Origin: Octopus vulgaris
Taxonomy: Eukaryota
DNA length: 64,000 nucleotides
Reading direction: 5' to 3'
Assembly: GCA_951406725.2 (NCBI GenBank)
Contig: OX597840.1
Coordinates: 1,612,001-1,676,000 of the forward strand
The notes under the pieces were generated by a model. That model did no database searches. It saw only the letters and a list, made by a program, of their open reading frames with translations, and was not told where the DNA came from. Position 1 is the first letter of the stretch. Each line of letters starts with the position of its first letter. Below, in pieces: positions 48,300 to 59,489 of the stretch. Position numbers and translations under genes: made by a program.

Positions 48300-48920
48300 A
48301 AATTCTGAGAACGGACAGCAGCCGGCTGTGAGACGTTACACAGGAATTCTTTGCACTGCGCACATTATAAGATTTGATACTTGATTGTTAATTATCATGG
48401 AAGACATTCTACTTCAAAGTATCAATTTCAATATCCTAGCTGTCCCCAGCAGAGGAGTAATTTGGGGTGAGGAGAAATTATATGCTAGTACCCTGAAAAT
48501 ATAAGGCCTAGAGCCTAGTCAAAAGAAATTATAGTTCTATCTGTACGTCTCAGTACAATAGTCGATGGAGATGATCACGGATGGAAAGAAATTTGATCTT
48601 GGACCACTAGATCAGAGGAGTAATTTGGGGCTTGCTCTACTCTCAAATCAATTCCCATTTCTCGGACATATTTCTCGAACGCGATTGTTAGTGTTCCGAG
48701 TGCCCCCTACAACGACTGGAATGACAGACACTTTCCTCATAGTCCACATGCTTGCGATGCCGTCTTTTAACAGTATGTATATTTAAATTTTTATACTAGT
48801 TTCTCACTAATATGTGCATCCCCAAGTATTGCAGTATCTATAATTTTGGTTACTTTATTTCCTTCAAAAGCTTCGTAGCGTGGTCTTTTCTCTCCTCCTG
48901 GATGGCGTGGGAAAAAATAA
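48300..48920 (-). mobile_element. Second R4/Dong-type LINE RLE remnant, interrupted by a 145 bp insertion
   Basis: KIIDTAILGDAHI...IASMWTMRKVSVIPVVVGALGTLTIAFEKY...EQAQ / LLGTARILKLIL, split at the duplicated cagaggagtaatttgggg. Confidence 0.75.
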
Positions 48921-49392
48921 CCTGATACTTTCTAATCTCATGAATACAGAATGTCTTCATTCAATACTTGCATGGTAAGAAATTCAGACAATCCCATGTA
49001 CCTAACGACGGATCTGATTGACTCGAAGAGATCGTTGATAATCATGGCCTGGATCGCACCAGCAAATCCATGAGTCAGAAGTATCACAGTCACTTTCTCC
49101 AGGTGCTGAACCTTCGAAACCTCCGTTAAACTTATCCAAGTCTTTCCGAATCCTCTGCACTCTCCACAGTTTGACACCCGAAACATTCTAAAATGGTCTT
49201 ATTGGAGCTATCGGAGCGAATGCCAAGTAGTACAGCACGCCTTTACGAAATTTCTGGCAGATGGAATTGCATTATTGCACTGTTTTTATTACAGACTGGG
49301 CCCAACTGACCCAACTATATTATGTGGTCAACAAAATTTAAAAACAAGCAATGACCAAAATGTACAATCGCGAAAATTTACCCATCGCAACA

Positions 49393-49458
<66 letters not shown>

Positions 49459-49484
49459 AATATATATGTATATATATGTATATG

Positions 49485-49523
<39 letters not shown>

Positions 49524-49687
49524 CTATACAGAGATAGATATATATATATATATATATATATACATAGATACAAACACACACAAACATATACAGGCTCATA
49601 TAAACACGCACGCATACATGTATATATTTATGTAAAAAGTCCGACGATGTCTAAATAGCGGAATTTTCGAAGTCTCCCTCAATTATT

Positions 49688-49725
<38 letters not shown>

Positions 49726-49755
49726 AACATATGTATACACACACACACATATATA

Positions 49756-49821
<66 letters not shown>

Positions 49822-50872
49822 AATATATTTACATATAGATATATATTTATACATATATGTATATATACATATACATACATATATGCATATATATATATAT
49901 ATGTGTATATATATATATGTGTGTGTATATGCATATATGTATATATGTATATATATACATATATATGTATGTATACATATACACATACACACATACACAC
50001 GCACATGTATATATGTATATATATATTTATATATATATATATATATAAATATATATATGCATATATGTGATATTGCCTTGAAATCCATTATGCAATTAGG
50101 GCCTAATAAGCTAATATAGAGGATTGTATATTCATTTATTCATTCCTTCACGTATGCAGGTATGTATACATATACGTATGCATACATATCTATATCTATC
50201 TATACTTATATGTAAATGTAAATAGATAAGTAGTCATACGTATTTACCCACTAATACGTATATAGACAGCGAAGCAGACGCCAACGCACGTATATATGAT
50301 TATATCAGCTCTGTGTTTTTCCTTTTCCTACTAATAACATGTATCTCGTGGCGTTCTTAACGTTATTGTTTCTTATCAAACAGATACCATTCTCAGTAAT
50401 TACTTTATTTAATGAAGACGGGATGCAAATGGTATCACCACTTTCCCCGCTAATAGACGACTTTTGTTTGAAATAGTTTTTTTCGCTTGGCTGTGTCAAG
50501 GCCAATAATATCAAAACAAATTATATCGTTGAGATTATCGGTGACGTCTTTGGTTTCTCACAAAACCCGAGGGTATAACGATGTAAATTACCTGTAAATA
50601 AAGACGAAATTTCATCGTTATCGGCTGTTGTTGTTTTTGTTATTGTTGTTGTTATAATTATCATTATCATTAATGATATTAACAGTCCTGTTTTTTGTTT
50701 GTTGTTGCCAGTCATTAATGGAGTCTTCAGTGGAGTGAAATATAATGCTTGATCTCTGTCTTTCGTTGAGAATGCCAATCATATGTTGATGTATATAAAC
50801 ATAAATATATAGCATAATTATCATGTATATAAATGTCTATCTATCTATCTATATTTTTATCTGTCTATCTAT

Positions 50873-50929
<57 letters not shown>

Positions 50930-50934
50930 ATTCT

Positions 50935-51150
50935 ATTAAAGCCGCAACATTATTACAAAACTATTACTAGGTGTTTCACGTTCCCGTTCGTCAGGCAGTT
51001 GTTATGAAAACTGAATTCTGTTTCCATCACAACTCTCAAATGAACGGGACGGTTAAACATTGAGTAACAGATTTTGTGATAATTATGCAGCTTTAACAAA
51101 GGTATATCACTCTACCATTCCTATTCGAGTACTGCTTTTTCCAACTATTT
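50935..51150. mobile_element. Diverged fold-back element related to 30479-30740, with hammerhead motif on minus strand
   Basis: Imperfect palindrome 50935-51096; minus strand aactgc-CTGACGA-acg-ggaa-cgt-GAAA-caccta-GTA-atagtt; same 3' flank (actctacca...gagtac...tttttcca). Confidence 0.7.
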
Positions 51151-51480
51151 TTTGCATTTATGTGCTTGCTTTTAGTCGGAAGACAACTGTTATTATGTCC
51201 TGTTATTTGCATTTGTATTTGTGTAACATTTCTCCGTTTTTTTTTCCGTCTTTGTTTTCGTATACATTCGCTGCTTTCTTCCAAGGAAGCTAATGCTCTT
51301 AGCTTAGGTTTTCCTCGGAGCTAGCCAGATTGGTGCAATCTCGAGTATAACTAGCCGAAATTGCAAAGATAATCTGGAACTAGACTCAATGACCCGTCCA
51401 TGTTTTTTTCTTGTCCCTCTTCTGTATCATCAGTCTAAATACTTTGCGTTATTCTCCCATTTTTTTGTATTCCTTTATAT

Positions 51481-51670
51481 ATCACCTTGACCGACCAGTC
51501 CGTCGTGCGTCCATTTGACACCGCTGGTCACAGCACACTCTCCACTCCTATCTGGATTGCCCCTTCCTCATCCACGTGGTCCCAATCGCCCTCCTAAAAT
51601 CGTAACTCCACCGTAGTGGAGGCTTTCCGAATGGTCGCCTCCGCTCGCGAGGTTACCACTCCTGATTCCT
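51481..51670 (-). mobile_element. Probable LINE 3' UTR sharing terminus with SINE C tail type 3
   Basis: Minus strand tgtgaccagcggtgt...gacggactggtcggtcaaggtgat versus 59097-59147 tgtgaccagcgatgt...gatggtctggtcggtcacggtgat. Confidence 0.55.
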
Positions 51671-51681
51671 TTATATATATA

Positions 51682-51759
<78 letters not shown>

Positions 51760-51919
51760 TTCAGCAAAAGTTTAGATTCAAATGAATATGGTACTTAATT
51801 TAGATTCACCAGAATTCTGTATGGTGTTATCCATATAAATCCGTGGGGTGATTATAATCAAAATAAGCAACCATTCTTGTTGCTTATTTTGAATATATAT
51901 ATATATATATGTATGTATG

Positions 51920-51990
<71 letters not shown>

Positions 51991-52159
51991 GTATGTATGT
52001 ATATATTTATATGCATATATATATGTGTGTGTGCATACATATGTTAATGTCTACAAGGAAAATGTTGACAGTAACGTCGAAGTTCCGGCTTAGAATATGT
52101 CATCCACTGAAAGTCTATTTAGTAATACTTGAACCACATCAGCTCATTGTTATTTTTTC

Positions 52160-52345
52160 TCGCATGTTTCATTCAGTAGACTGCGGCCATGCTGGGGTAT
52201 CCCTTCGAGAATTATTAATACTTTTTTCATTTAACCTGTTCACTATTATATCCATCACATTTGCCGATCTCCTAAGTTACATGGACGTAAACGCACCAAC
52301 ACCGGTTTTCAGGCAGTGGTGGGTGACAAAACCGAACCCAAAGAC
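52160..52345 (-). mobile_element. SINE family B-related, diverged 3' part
   Basis: gactgcggccatgctgggg...ttgccga...ctaagttac...gacgtaaacgcaccaacaccggtt. Confidence 0.65.
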
Positions 52346-52760
52346 TCTCTCTCTCTCCCTTTCTCTCTCTGTGTTACACACACATACACGCAGATACACA
52401 CGTATACACACATACACGCAGAAACACACATATACACTCGTATATATATATATATATATATAATATTTTAGGCACTGGCATAATTTGGGTTACTTTCGTT
52501 GTTTGTCCCCTCTGTGTGTAACCCCTTGTGGGCAGTAGAGAAATAAGAATCGGTCTGGGTATATTTCCGTTTGCTCCACTTCAAGAACTCTGCAGTGTTG
52601 GTTGAGATAATACTATTTTACGCTTTTACTTGTTTGAGTCATTTGAATGTGGTATGCATGTATGTATGCATGCATATATACATACATACTTACATAGGCG
52701 CACCGCCGAATAAACACATACATACATGGACAAATACACACACATATATATGTATAGATA

Positions 52761-52991
52761 AGGCGGCGAGCTGGCAGAAACGTTAGCACGCCGGGCGAAA
52801 TGCGTAGCCGTATTTCGTCTGCCGTTACATTCTGGGTTCAAATTCCGCCGAGGTCGACTTTGCCTTTCATCCTTTCGGGGTCGATAAATTAAGTACCAGT
52901 TACGCACTGGGGTCGATGTAATCGAATGAATCCCTTTGTCTGTCCTCGTTTGTCTCCTCTGTGTTTATCCCCTTGTGGGTAGTAAAGAAAT
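52761..52991 (+). mobile_element. SINE family A, full length
   Basis: Head to tail match. Confidence 0.92.
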
Positions 52992-53031
52992 ATATATATG
53001 TATAGATATATATATCTATCAAATGAAATAA

Positions 53032-53306
53032 AAAAAACAGAGCACAAAGGATGTCGCGGTACACATGTTTCGAGCTTTATAAAACAACCTATTCTTACAT
53101 CAATGTATAATCGACATAACAGATAGATTAAAGCCCTCTTCAGCCGCACCTTTCATAATGTGCTAGTTGTCTTTGGTGTAGCAATTGCATGCGGCTGCAG
53201 AGGGCTTTAAACTATGTGTTATGTCGATTATACATTGATGTAAGAATAAGTTGTTTTATAAAGCTCGAAACATGTGTACCGCGACATCCTTCGTGTTCTG
53301 TTTTTT
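53032..53306. repeat. Fold-back element, 117 bp arms, 41 bp spacer
   Basis: 53032-53148 is the reverse complement of 53190-53306 with a few mismatches. Confidence 0.95.
53056..53147 (-). ncRNA. Type I hammerhead ribozyme motif with enlarged stem II
   Basis: gcgg-CTGAAGA-gggcttta-[49 nt]-taaagctc-GAAA-catgt-GTA-ccgc; the plus-strand twin (53191-53282) has a mutated core CTGCAGA. Confidence 0.8.
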
Positions 53307-53730
53307 AAGCACTAGAAGGTGCTTATACTTATCAAGTATTCACCCTGAATTTATTGTATAGATATATAGATATATAGAGAGTTCGCTTAATATGAGTCAA
53401 AGATATTGTGTCTACAAATTAAGATACTTCACGTCTGCTGTCAACATTTTGTTTACCTTATGTCCGTGAAATGTATTTAAAGCATCCATAGAAAATCCAA
53501 AACGACTAAAATGGTGTGAAGGAGGCAGAATAAACGCACCTGGCACTCGAGAAATATGTTTTCTGTCTTATCAGCATTATCGATTTTTGCTCATACAATC
53601 TCATCTCTGTACGTGATCTCTATGTGTGTGTCTCTCTTACACACATACAAACACATTCAGAATCACACAAGCGTATATATAATCATTTATTTATATTTGT
53701 GTCTGTCTTTCTGTACATACGTGCGCATGC

Positions 53731-53790
<60 letters not shown>

Positions 53791-53896
53791 CTAACTGATA
53801 AGGGTGAGAAAATTGGATACTAATTTAATAGTACATCCATTTAACACCAAGTGGCCCAGTGCACAAAAAAACCTGGATTATGACAAAATTTTATAC

Positions 53897-54402
53897 ATAA
53901 ATATAAGAGAGTGGTCACTAAGTGGCTCACTCTGGCACTAGAAATAGATCCGATAGGTTTCAGCCACAAAATAAATGTTTCCAATGAAAGTCAGCACGAC
54001 TGTTAGCTCAAACGAACAGGACAAAGAAAAATAACAAAAATACAGATTATTTTGGGACAATTGTTTCGCTATTAATGAATTGAATGTAATTTTACTCACA
54101 GTAATTCACTTGTAGCTCATCGTTATGGTAAAATCTGGCATGCGATTTAGTATATTGTATTTTAGATGGTTTTGGCTGATGAGCTACAAGTGAATTACTG
54201 TGAGTAAAATTACATTCAATTCATTAATAGCGAAACAATTGTCCCAAAATAATCTGTATTTTTGTTATTTTTATTTGCCCTGTTCGTTTGAGCTAACAGT
54301 CGTGCTGACTTTCATTGGAAACATTTATTTTGTGGCTGAAACCTATCGGATCTATTTCTAGTGCCAGAGTGAGCCACTTAGTGACCACTCTCTTATATTT
54401 AT
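53897..54402. repeat. Fold-back element, 225 bp arms, 56 bp spacer
   Basis: 53897-54121 is the reverse complement of 54178-54402 with about 2 mismatches. Confidence 0.95.
54170..54249 (+). ncRNA. Type I hammerhead ribozyme motif, canonical core
   Basis: ttttgg-CTGATGA-gcta-[41 nt]-tagc-GAAA-caatt-GTC-ccaaaa: 6 bp stem I, 4 bp stem II base, palindromic stem III (acaattgt), predicted cleavage after C54243. Confidence 0.88.
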
Positions 54403-54625
54403 ATATATATATATATACATCTGAAGTATCGCCGTTGAAGCAGCAGAAAAAGTGGATATTATTGCCATCATTATTACAAGGCGGAAGAAGTTGTTGAAGG
54501 CTTTTTCTTGACAACTTTTCCCACCCTCTAAGGGTAACAATATTCAATTTCTTGTTTGTATCGTAGGCTACACTTCCGCTGCTTCTCTAAAATGTTTATG
54601 GTTGTTTATATAAATACGTAGTTTT

Positions 54626-54699
<74 letters not shown>

Positions 54700-54845
54700 G
54701 GTCTTCTTCCAGATTTTGTCTACCAAATCCACTCATAAGCTTTGGGCGGCCCGAGGCTATAGTAGAAGACACTTGCCCCAGGTGCCACGCAGTAGGACTG
54801 AACCTGGAACCATATGGTTGGAAAGCAAACCTTTTACCCCACACG
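54700..54845 (-). mobile_element. SINE family B, 5' part
   Basis: tctaccaaatccactcataag...gaggctatagtagaagacacttgcc...ggactgaacctggaacc. Confidence 0.8.
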
Positions 54846-55575
54846 CACACACACACATATATATATATCTAACCAAGTAAAAAGATGTCCTTGAAAGTGA
54901 TATATAACATCTAATTTTCACTGGCACTTCAGTTGGAGACCACAAATAAAAGGCAATACTTACAATATACAAATATTAAAAGAAATAGAAACATACTATT
55001 GATTTGTTAAAAATGTATTACGTTATAATATAATATAAAAATATATACTACAATACAATATATCAAATAATTAAAACAAATATAAATCCAACAATTTACT
55101 TCGACTCATATTCACGAGTGAATTTATAAAAATTCAAATTTATACATACGAGTCTCCTCGGGGTAATATTCGTTTAAACAAAAACCAGAAAAGTCAATGC
55201 AAGGACTAGTAAATTATAGAATTGACTGATTTAAAATATATCTATGTTTACAAGTATGATCGTTAATAATTCAAAAATATAATAAGTAGAAAAAAAATGC
55301 AGCTGCAAAATTCAAATGGATAAAATAATTACGTTCGGAATATTTACAACGGTCATAAAATGTTCTTTTGGATTCCAATAATATTAAGCTAAAGAGATTT
55401 TAATCGAAAATAATCACTGGCCATTTTATTATATAATAATATCTATATAATGTACTAAACATTTATGGTGGAGTAGGAAATATATTTTATTTAAAATTAC
55501 AACTGAATTCGCAGATGTTAAGCAAATATATAAAGTTACGTTTTTTCTAACCTATACTATTTCTTACATTATAAT

Positions 55576-55674
<99 letters not shown>

Positions 55675-56286
55675 AAGAATTTAGGTAGTGGGTAGCGATT
55701 TTCTTCACTACTTCAGGGAGTGACGACCCTGCCTGACACGAATCCCGGGCTCAGTTGGCTCCGGTTCACAGTACCCTGAATTAGCCCCTATCCAGGGTTA
55801 AGGAAAGGAGACAAAATTCAAAGAAATCAAAAGTGGAGCCCCGTATGCGGTTTAGTGTTCGACACTCTTCCGGCAGCTCCTGCAACCAAACGTCTGCCAA
55901 ACGTAATGCTCTGCACTCCTTTGGACTACGTCAGCAAGGTCGAGAGAGGAATCCCAACGATTGGGTTTCCCAGGATTCTCGTACTTCTAGCCCAGGCATT
56001 CGCAAAACTGGAGAGGAAACTAGAGAGGACGCTTCCTTGCTGCCGTAAAAAGTGGTAGATGCGGAACTCCATCATCTCCCGAGACAAAATGATGCCAACA
56101 ACAGCAACAAGGATAATAATATATAAGTAACTAACGTATCAGAACTTTACTCAGTTTCACAGAAGGAAATGAATTGCAGTAAGTCAATAGTATTATTATT
56201 CTATAATTTTGTATGTGACCACACGTTCGAAACAACATATGATTATATATACTAAATATTATAGGATTTACAAGAAATATTCATAT

Positions 56287-56502
56287 ACTCTTACTCTTTA
56301 CTCTTTTACTTGTTTCAGTCATTTGACTGCGGCCATGCTGGAGCACCGCCTTTAGTCGAGCAAATCGACCCCGGGGACTTATTCTTTGTAAGCCCAGTAC
56401 TTATTCTATTGGTCTCTTTTGCCGAACCGCTAAGTGACGGGGACGTAAACACACCAGCATCGGTTGTCAAGCAATACCAGGGGGAAAAACACAGACACAC
56501 AA

Positions 56503-56537
<35 letters not shown>

Positions 56538-56710
56538 CATATATACGACAGGCTTCTTTCAGTTTCCGTCTACCAAATCCACTCACATGGCATTGGTCGG
56601 CCCGGGGCTATAGCAGAAGACACTTGCTCAAGATGCCACGCAGTGGGACTGAACCCGGAACCATGTGGTTGGTTAGCAAGCTACTTACCACACAGCCACT
56701 CCTGCGCCTA
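56287..56710 (-). mobile_element. SINE family B, full length
   Basis: Complete reverse-complement copy. Confidence 0.92.
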
Positions 56711-56919
56711 TGCATAATTATGCATAATTATTCCAAAATATATATAATTATATTAAAAAATATAATTATTCTAATTTTATAATATGAATCGTTGGATTTA
56801 TATTCGTTTTAATTACTTGTTATAATATATTATGTTATAATGGAAATACATTTTTAATATGTCAATTGTACAATTGTATCTATTTACTTTAATATTTGTA
56901 ACACACATATATATATATA

Positions 56920-57340
56920 TTCTTTTACTCGTTTCAGCCATGCAGTTACAGTCTTACTTGAGCACCATTGTTGTCTCTTTGATTTCCTCAATCTGCGCTG
57001 TTTCACATCACCAGTCCCGTATGTGCCTTTGTCCAAACTGTTGGTACATTTGGTGTATAAGGGAGATTTATTCCGTTGCCCTCGTCTGCACGTCTTGTAA
57101 AGCCGTTGGTTCTTCCGGAATTGTGAAGAGCAGGATGTCTAGTTCCTTTTTGAAGACATCTACTTCCATCTTATTTAAATTTCTTAATTTCTGTTGGTTT
57201 ATTCAAAATCTCTGGGCCTTTGAACCCGAGATTATTAGATGGCGACCAGTTCTGGCATTTGTATAACACTCAATTCCAAAATTAAGTACTAGCCCTTCCA
57301 AAATTTTCCATATGGAGATTATTGCATGTTCCTCAGGCCT
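56920..57340 (-). mobile_element. LINE 3' end related to 43003-43292
   Basis: IWKILEGLVLNFGIECYTNARTGR...LGFKGP...VDVFKKELDILLFTIPEEP...RA; tail ...ggctgaaacgagtaaaaga. Confidence 0.7.
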
Positions 57341-57347
57341 ATACTCA

Positions 57348-57751
57348 CTTTTACTCTTTTATTTGTTTCAGTCATTTGAATGCGGCCATGCTAGAGCACC
57401 GCCTTTAGTCGAGCAACTCGACCCCGGGACTTATTCTTTGTAAACCCAGTACTAATTCTAGCGGTCTCTTTTGCCGAACCGCTAGGTGACGGGGACGTAA
57501 ACACACCAGCATCGGTTGTCAAGCAATGCGAGGGGGACAAACACAGACACACAAACACACATACATATATATATATATACATATATACGACGGGCTTCTT
57601 TCACTTTCCGTCTACCAAATCCACTCACAAGGCATTGGTCGACCCGGGGCTATAGCAGAAGACACTTGCCCAAGATGCCGCGCAGTGGGACCGAACCCGG
57701 AACCATGTGGTTGGTTAGCAAGCTACTTACCACACAGCTACTCCTGCGCCT
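57348..57751 (-). mobile_element. SINE family B, full length
   Basis: Complete reverse-complement copy. Confidence 0.92.
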
Positions 57752-57869
57752 ATGCATGTAACTCATTCACTGCACTGTTTCAGTCTTTTTAGTTTGATAA
57801 TTTTGGACAGCTTCAGGTTCCGCTGTTAGTTGGGAAGTCGATAACAATAAATAATAGAAACGGATAAGC

Positions 57870-58827
57870 AGGGCTATGCAACTATACTATACAAAAGAGC
57901 ATGCTCGTTGCACTCAAGCTGTTACCCTAAGAATTGTGTATATAGATGCAAAGATAACTCGGAGGGAAAATAATACTTTGATATAGGGGCCAGTTCTTTC
58001 TCTCTTTTCTTTTTTTGTTTTGCAAAAAGAGACAAGCTAATCATTTAGATTCTTGGAAAGAGAGGAAGAAAGCAAATGATACGGGCGTAAGTAAACTAAT
58101 TTGGCTAATTATAGGCAAAAGCAATTCCTATTCTATCTATTGGGGAAAAATTAGTATTGCTAAGCCTTAAGGAGTCGGGGGAAATAGATACGACCTATCC
58201 GGAAAAGGACCTTAGAAAATATTTATATCAAAATACGTATTAATTAATACAAGTCACGAACAAGCCGCAAGATGTTTACACAAACACGGTAGGACGCTTT
58301 ATACGATATAGGTATAATTCTAGACAGTCAACGCCCCAGCAAGAATTGAGGTTGACATAAGAAATTAAATAACACAACTTTAACACAAAAATATATAACC
58401 ATCGTTAATAAAAAAAGCATTGCTAAATTTATAACACAAAACATGAGCGGCCCAACAAAGAAATGAATATAAACAAATATGAATCCTTCAATACAAGCAC
58501 TAAATTCGAAATCGAAAACCTAACAGAAGCAACACACACAACCAGTCAAACGAACAAGGTGCCTAAGACAGAAATAATTTCGACCTTAATCTAGTTTACA
58601 CCGAGCCCTAACTTCGGACGGCGACTAGGGTAAATTTGGGTCCATCAGCACATAATTGTAAATAACAACATCCCACATCCCATGGAACACTAACAACGGT
58701 TTACTTCAATCAGTTCAATTTGGGGAGGATCAAAGGGACAGACACTGATGAAGCTGCACCGACAATATATCAATGTTGCATTTGCAACAGTGAGGCTTCG
58801 CCGCTGTGAAACCACAAGTAGGTCATT
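57870..58827 (+). mobile_element. Penelope-like retroelement 3' remnant (GIY-YIG endonuclease plus 3' UTR)
   Basis: Manual translation: CSLHSSCYPKNCVYRCK...YFDIGAS, KRQANHLDSWKERKKANDTGVSKLIW...YSIYW...AKP*, LINTSHEQAARCLHK; matches the Penelope endonuclease layout, with stops and frameshifts. Confidence 0.7.
58741..58824 (+). ncRNA. Decayed hammerhead ribozyme motif at the end of the Penelope-like remnant
   Basis: gaca-CTGATGA-agc...gct-gt-GAAA-ccacaa-GTA-ggtc; core intact, stems imperfect. Confidence 0.5.
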
Positions 58828-58839
58828 ATAATATGCTGT

Positions 58840-59154
58840 GTGGAGGCGCAATGGTCCAGTGCTTAGGGCAGCGGACTCACGGTTGTAGGATCGCGGTTTC
58901 GATTCCCAGACCGAGCGTTGTGAGTGTTTACTGAGCGAAAATATCTACAGCTCCAGGATGCTCTGACAGGGGTTAGTGGCGATCCCTGCAGTACTCTTTC
59001 ACCACAATTTTCTCTCACTCTTTCTTCTGTTGGTTGGCCTGCTCGCTTAGCCAGCGGGGTGACGTCATTTGAAGGCTGAAACAATGCGAAGCGCATTGTG
59101 ACCAGCGATGTGTAGCAACATCTGATGGTCTGGTCGGTCACGGTGATCGCGATG
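58840..59154 (+). mobile_element. SINE family C (tail type 3), with 12 bp TSD
   Basis: C head; flanked by ataatatgctgt at 58828-58839 and 59155-59166. Confidence 0.9.
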
Positions 59155-59166
59155 ATAATATGCTGT

Positions 59167-59330
59167 ATCTACCGCTATGTTCTGAGTTCAAATTCCGCCG
59201 AGGTTGATTTTGCCTTTCATCTTTTTGTGGTCGATAAATCAAATACCAGTTGAGCATTGGCGTCGATGTAACCGACTGGCCCCTTCCTCAAAAATTGCAG
59301 GCCTTGTGCCGATAGTAGAAAGTATTATAA
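59167..59330 (+). mobile_element. SINE family A-related, partial
   Basis: gttctgagttcaaattccgccgaggttgattttgcctttcatc...gtcgataaat. Confidence 0.75.
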
Positions 59331-59489
59331 TATGGAATATATAACTATAAATTAAATTTTTGTGGATGTACAAGTCTTCATACTCTTTATTCTTATTGAT
59401 ATTTTTAAGCGTACATACATATATGTGTGTTTGTGTGTGTGTTTTTGTGTTTGTGTGTGTGTATAAATATATACACATGCATATACATA

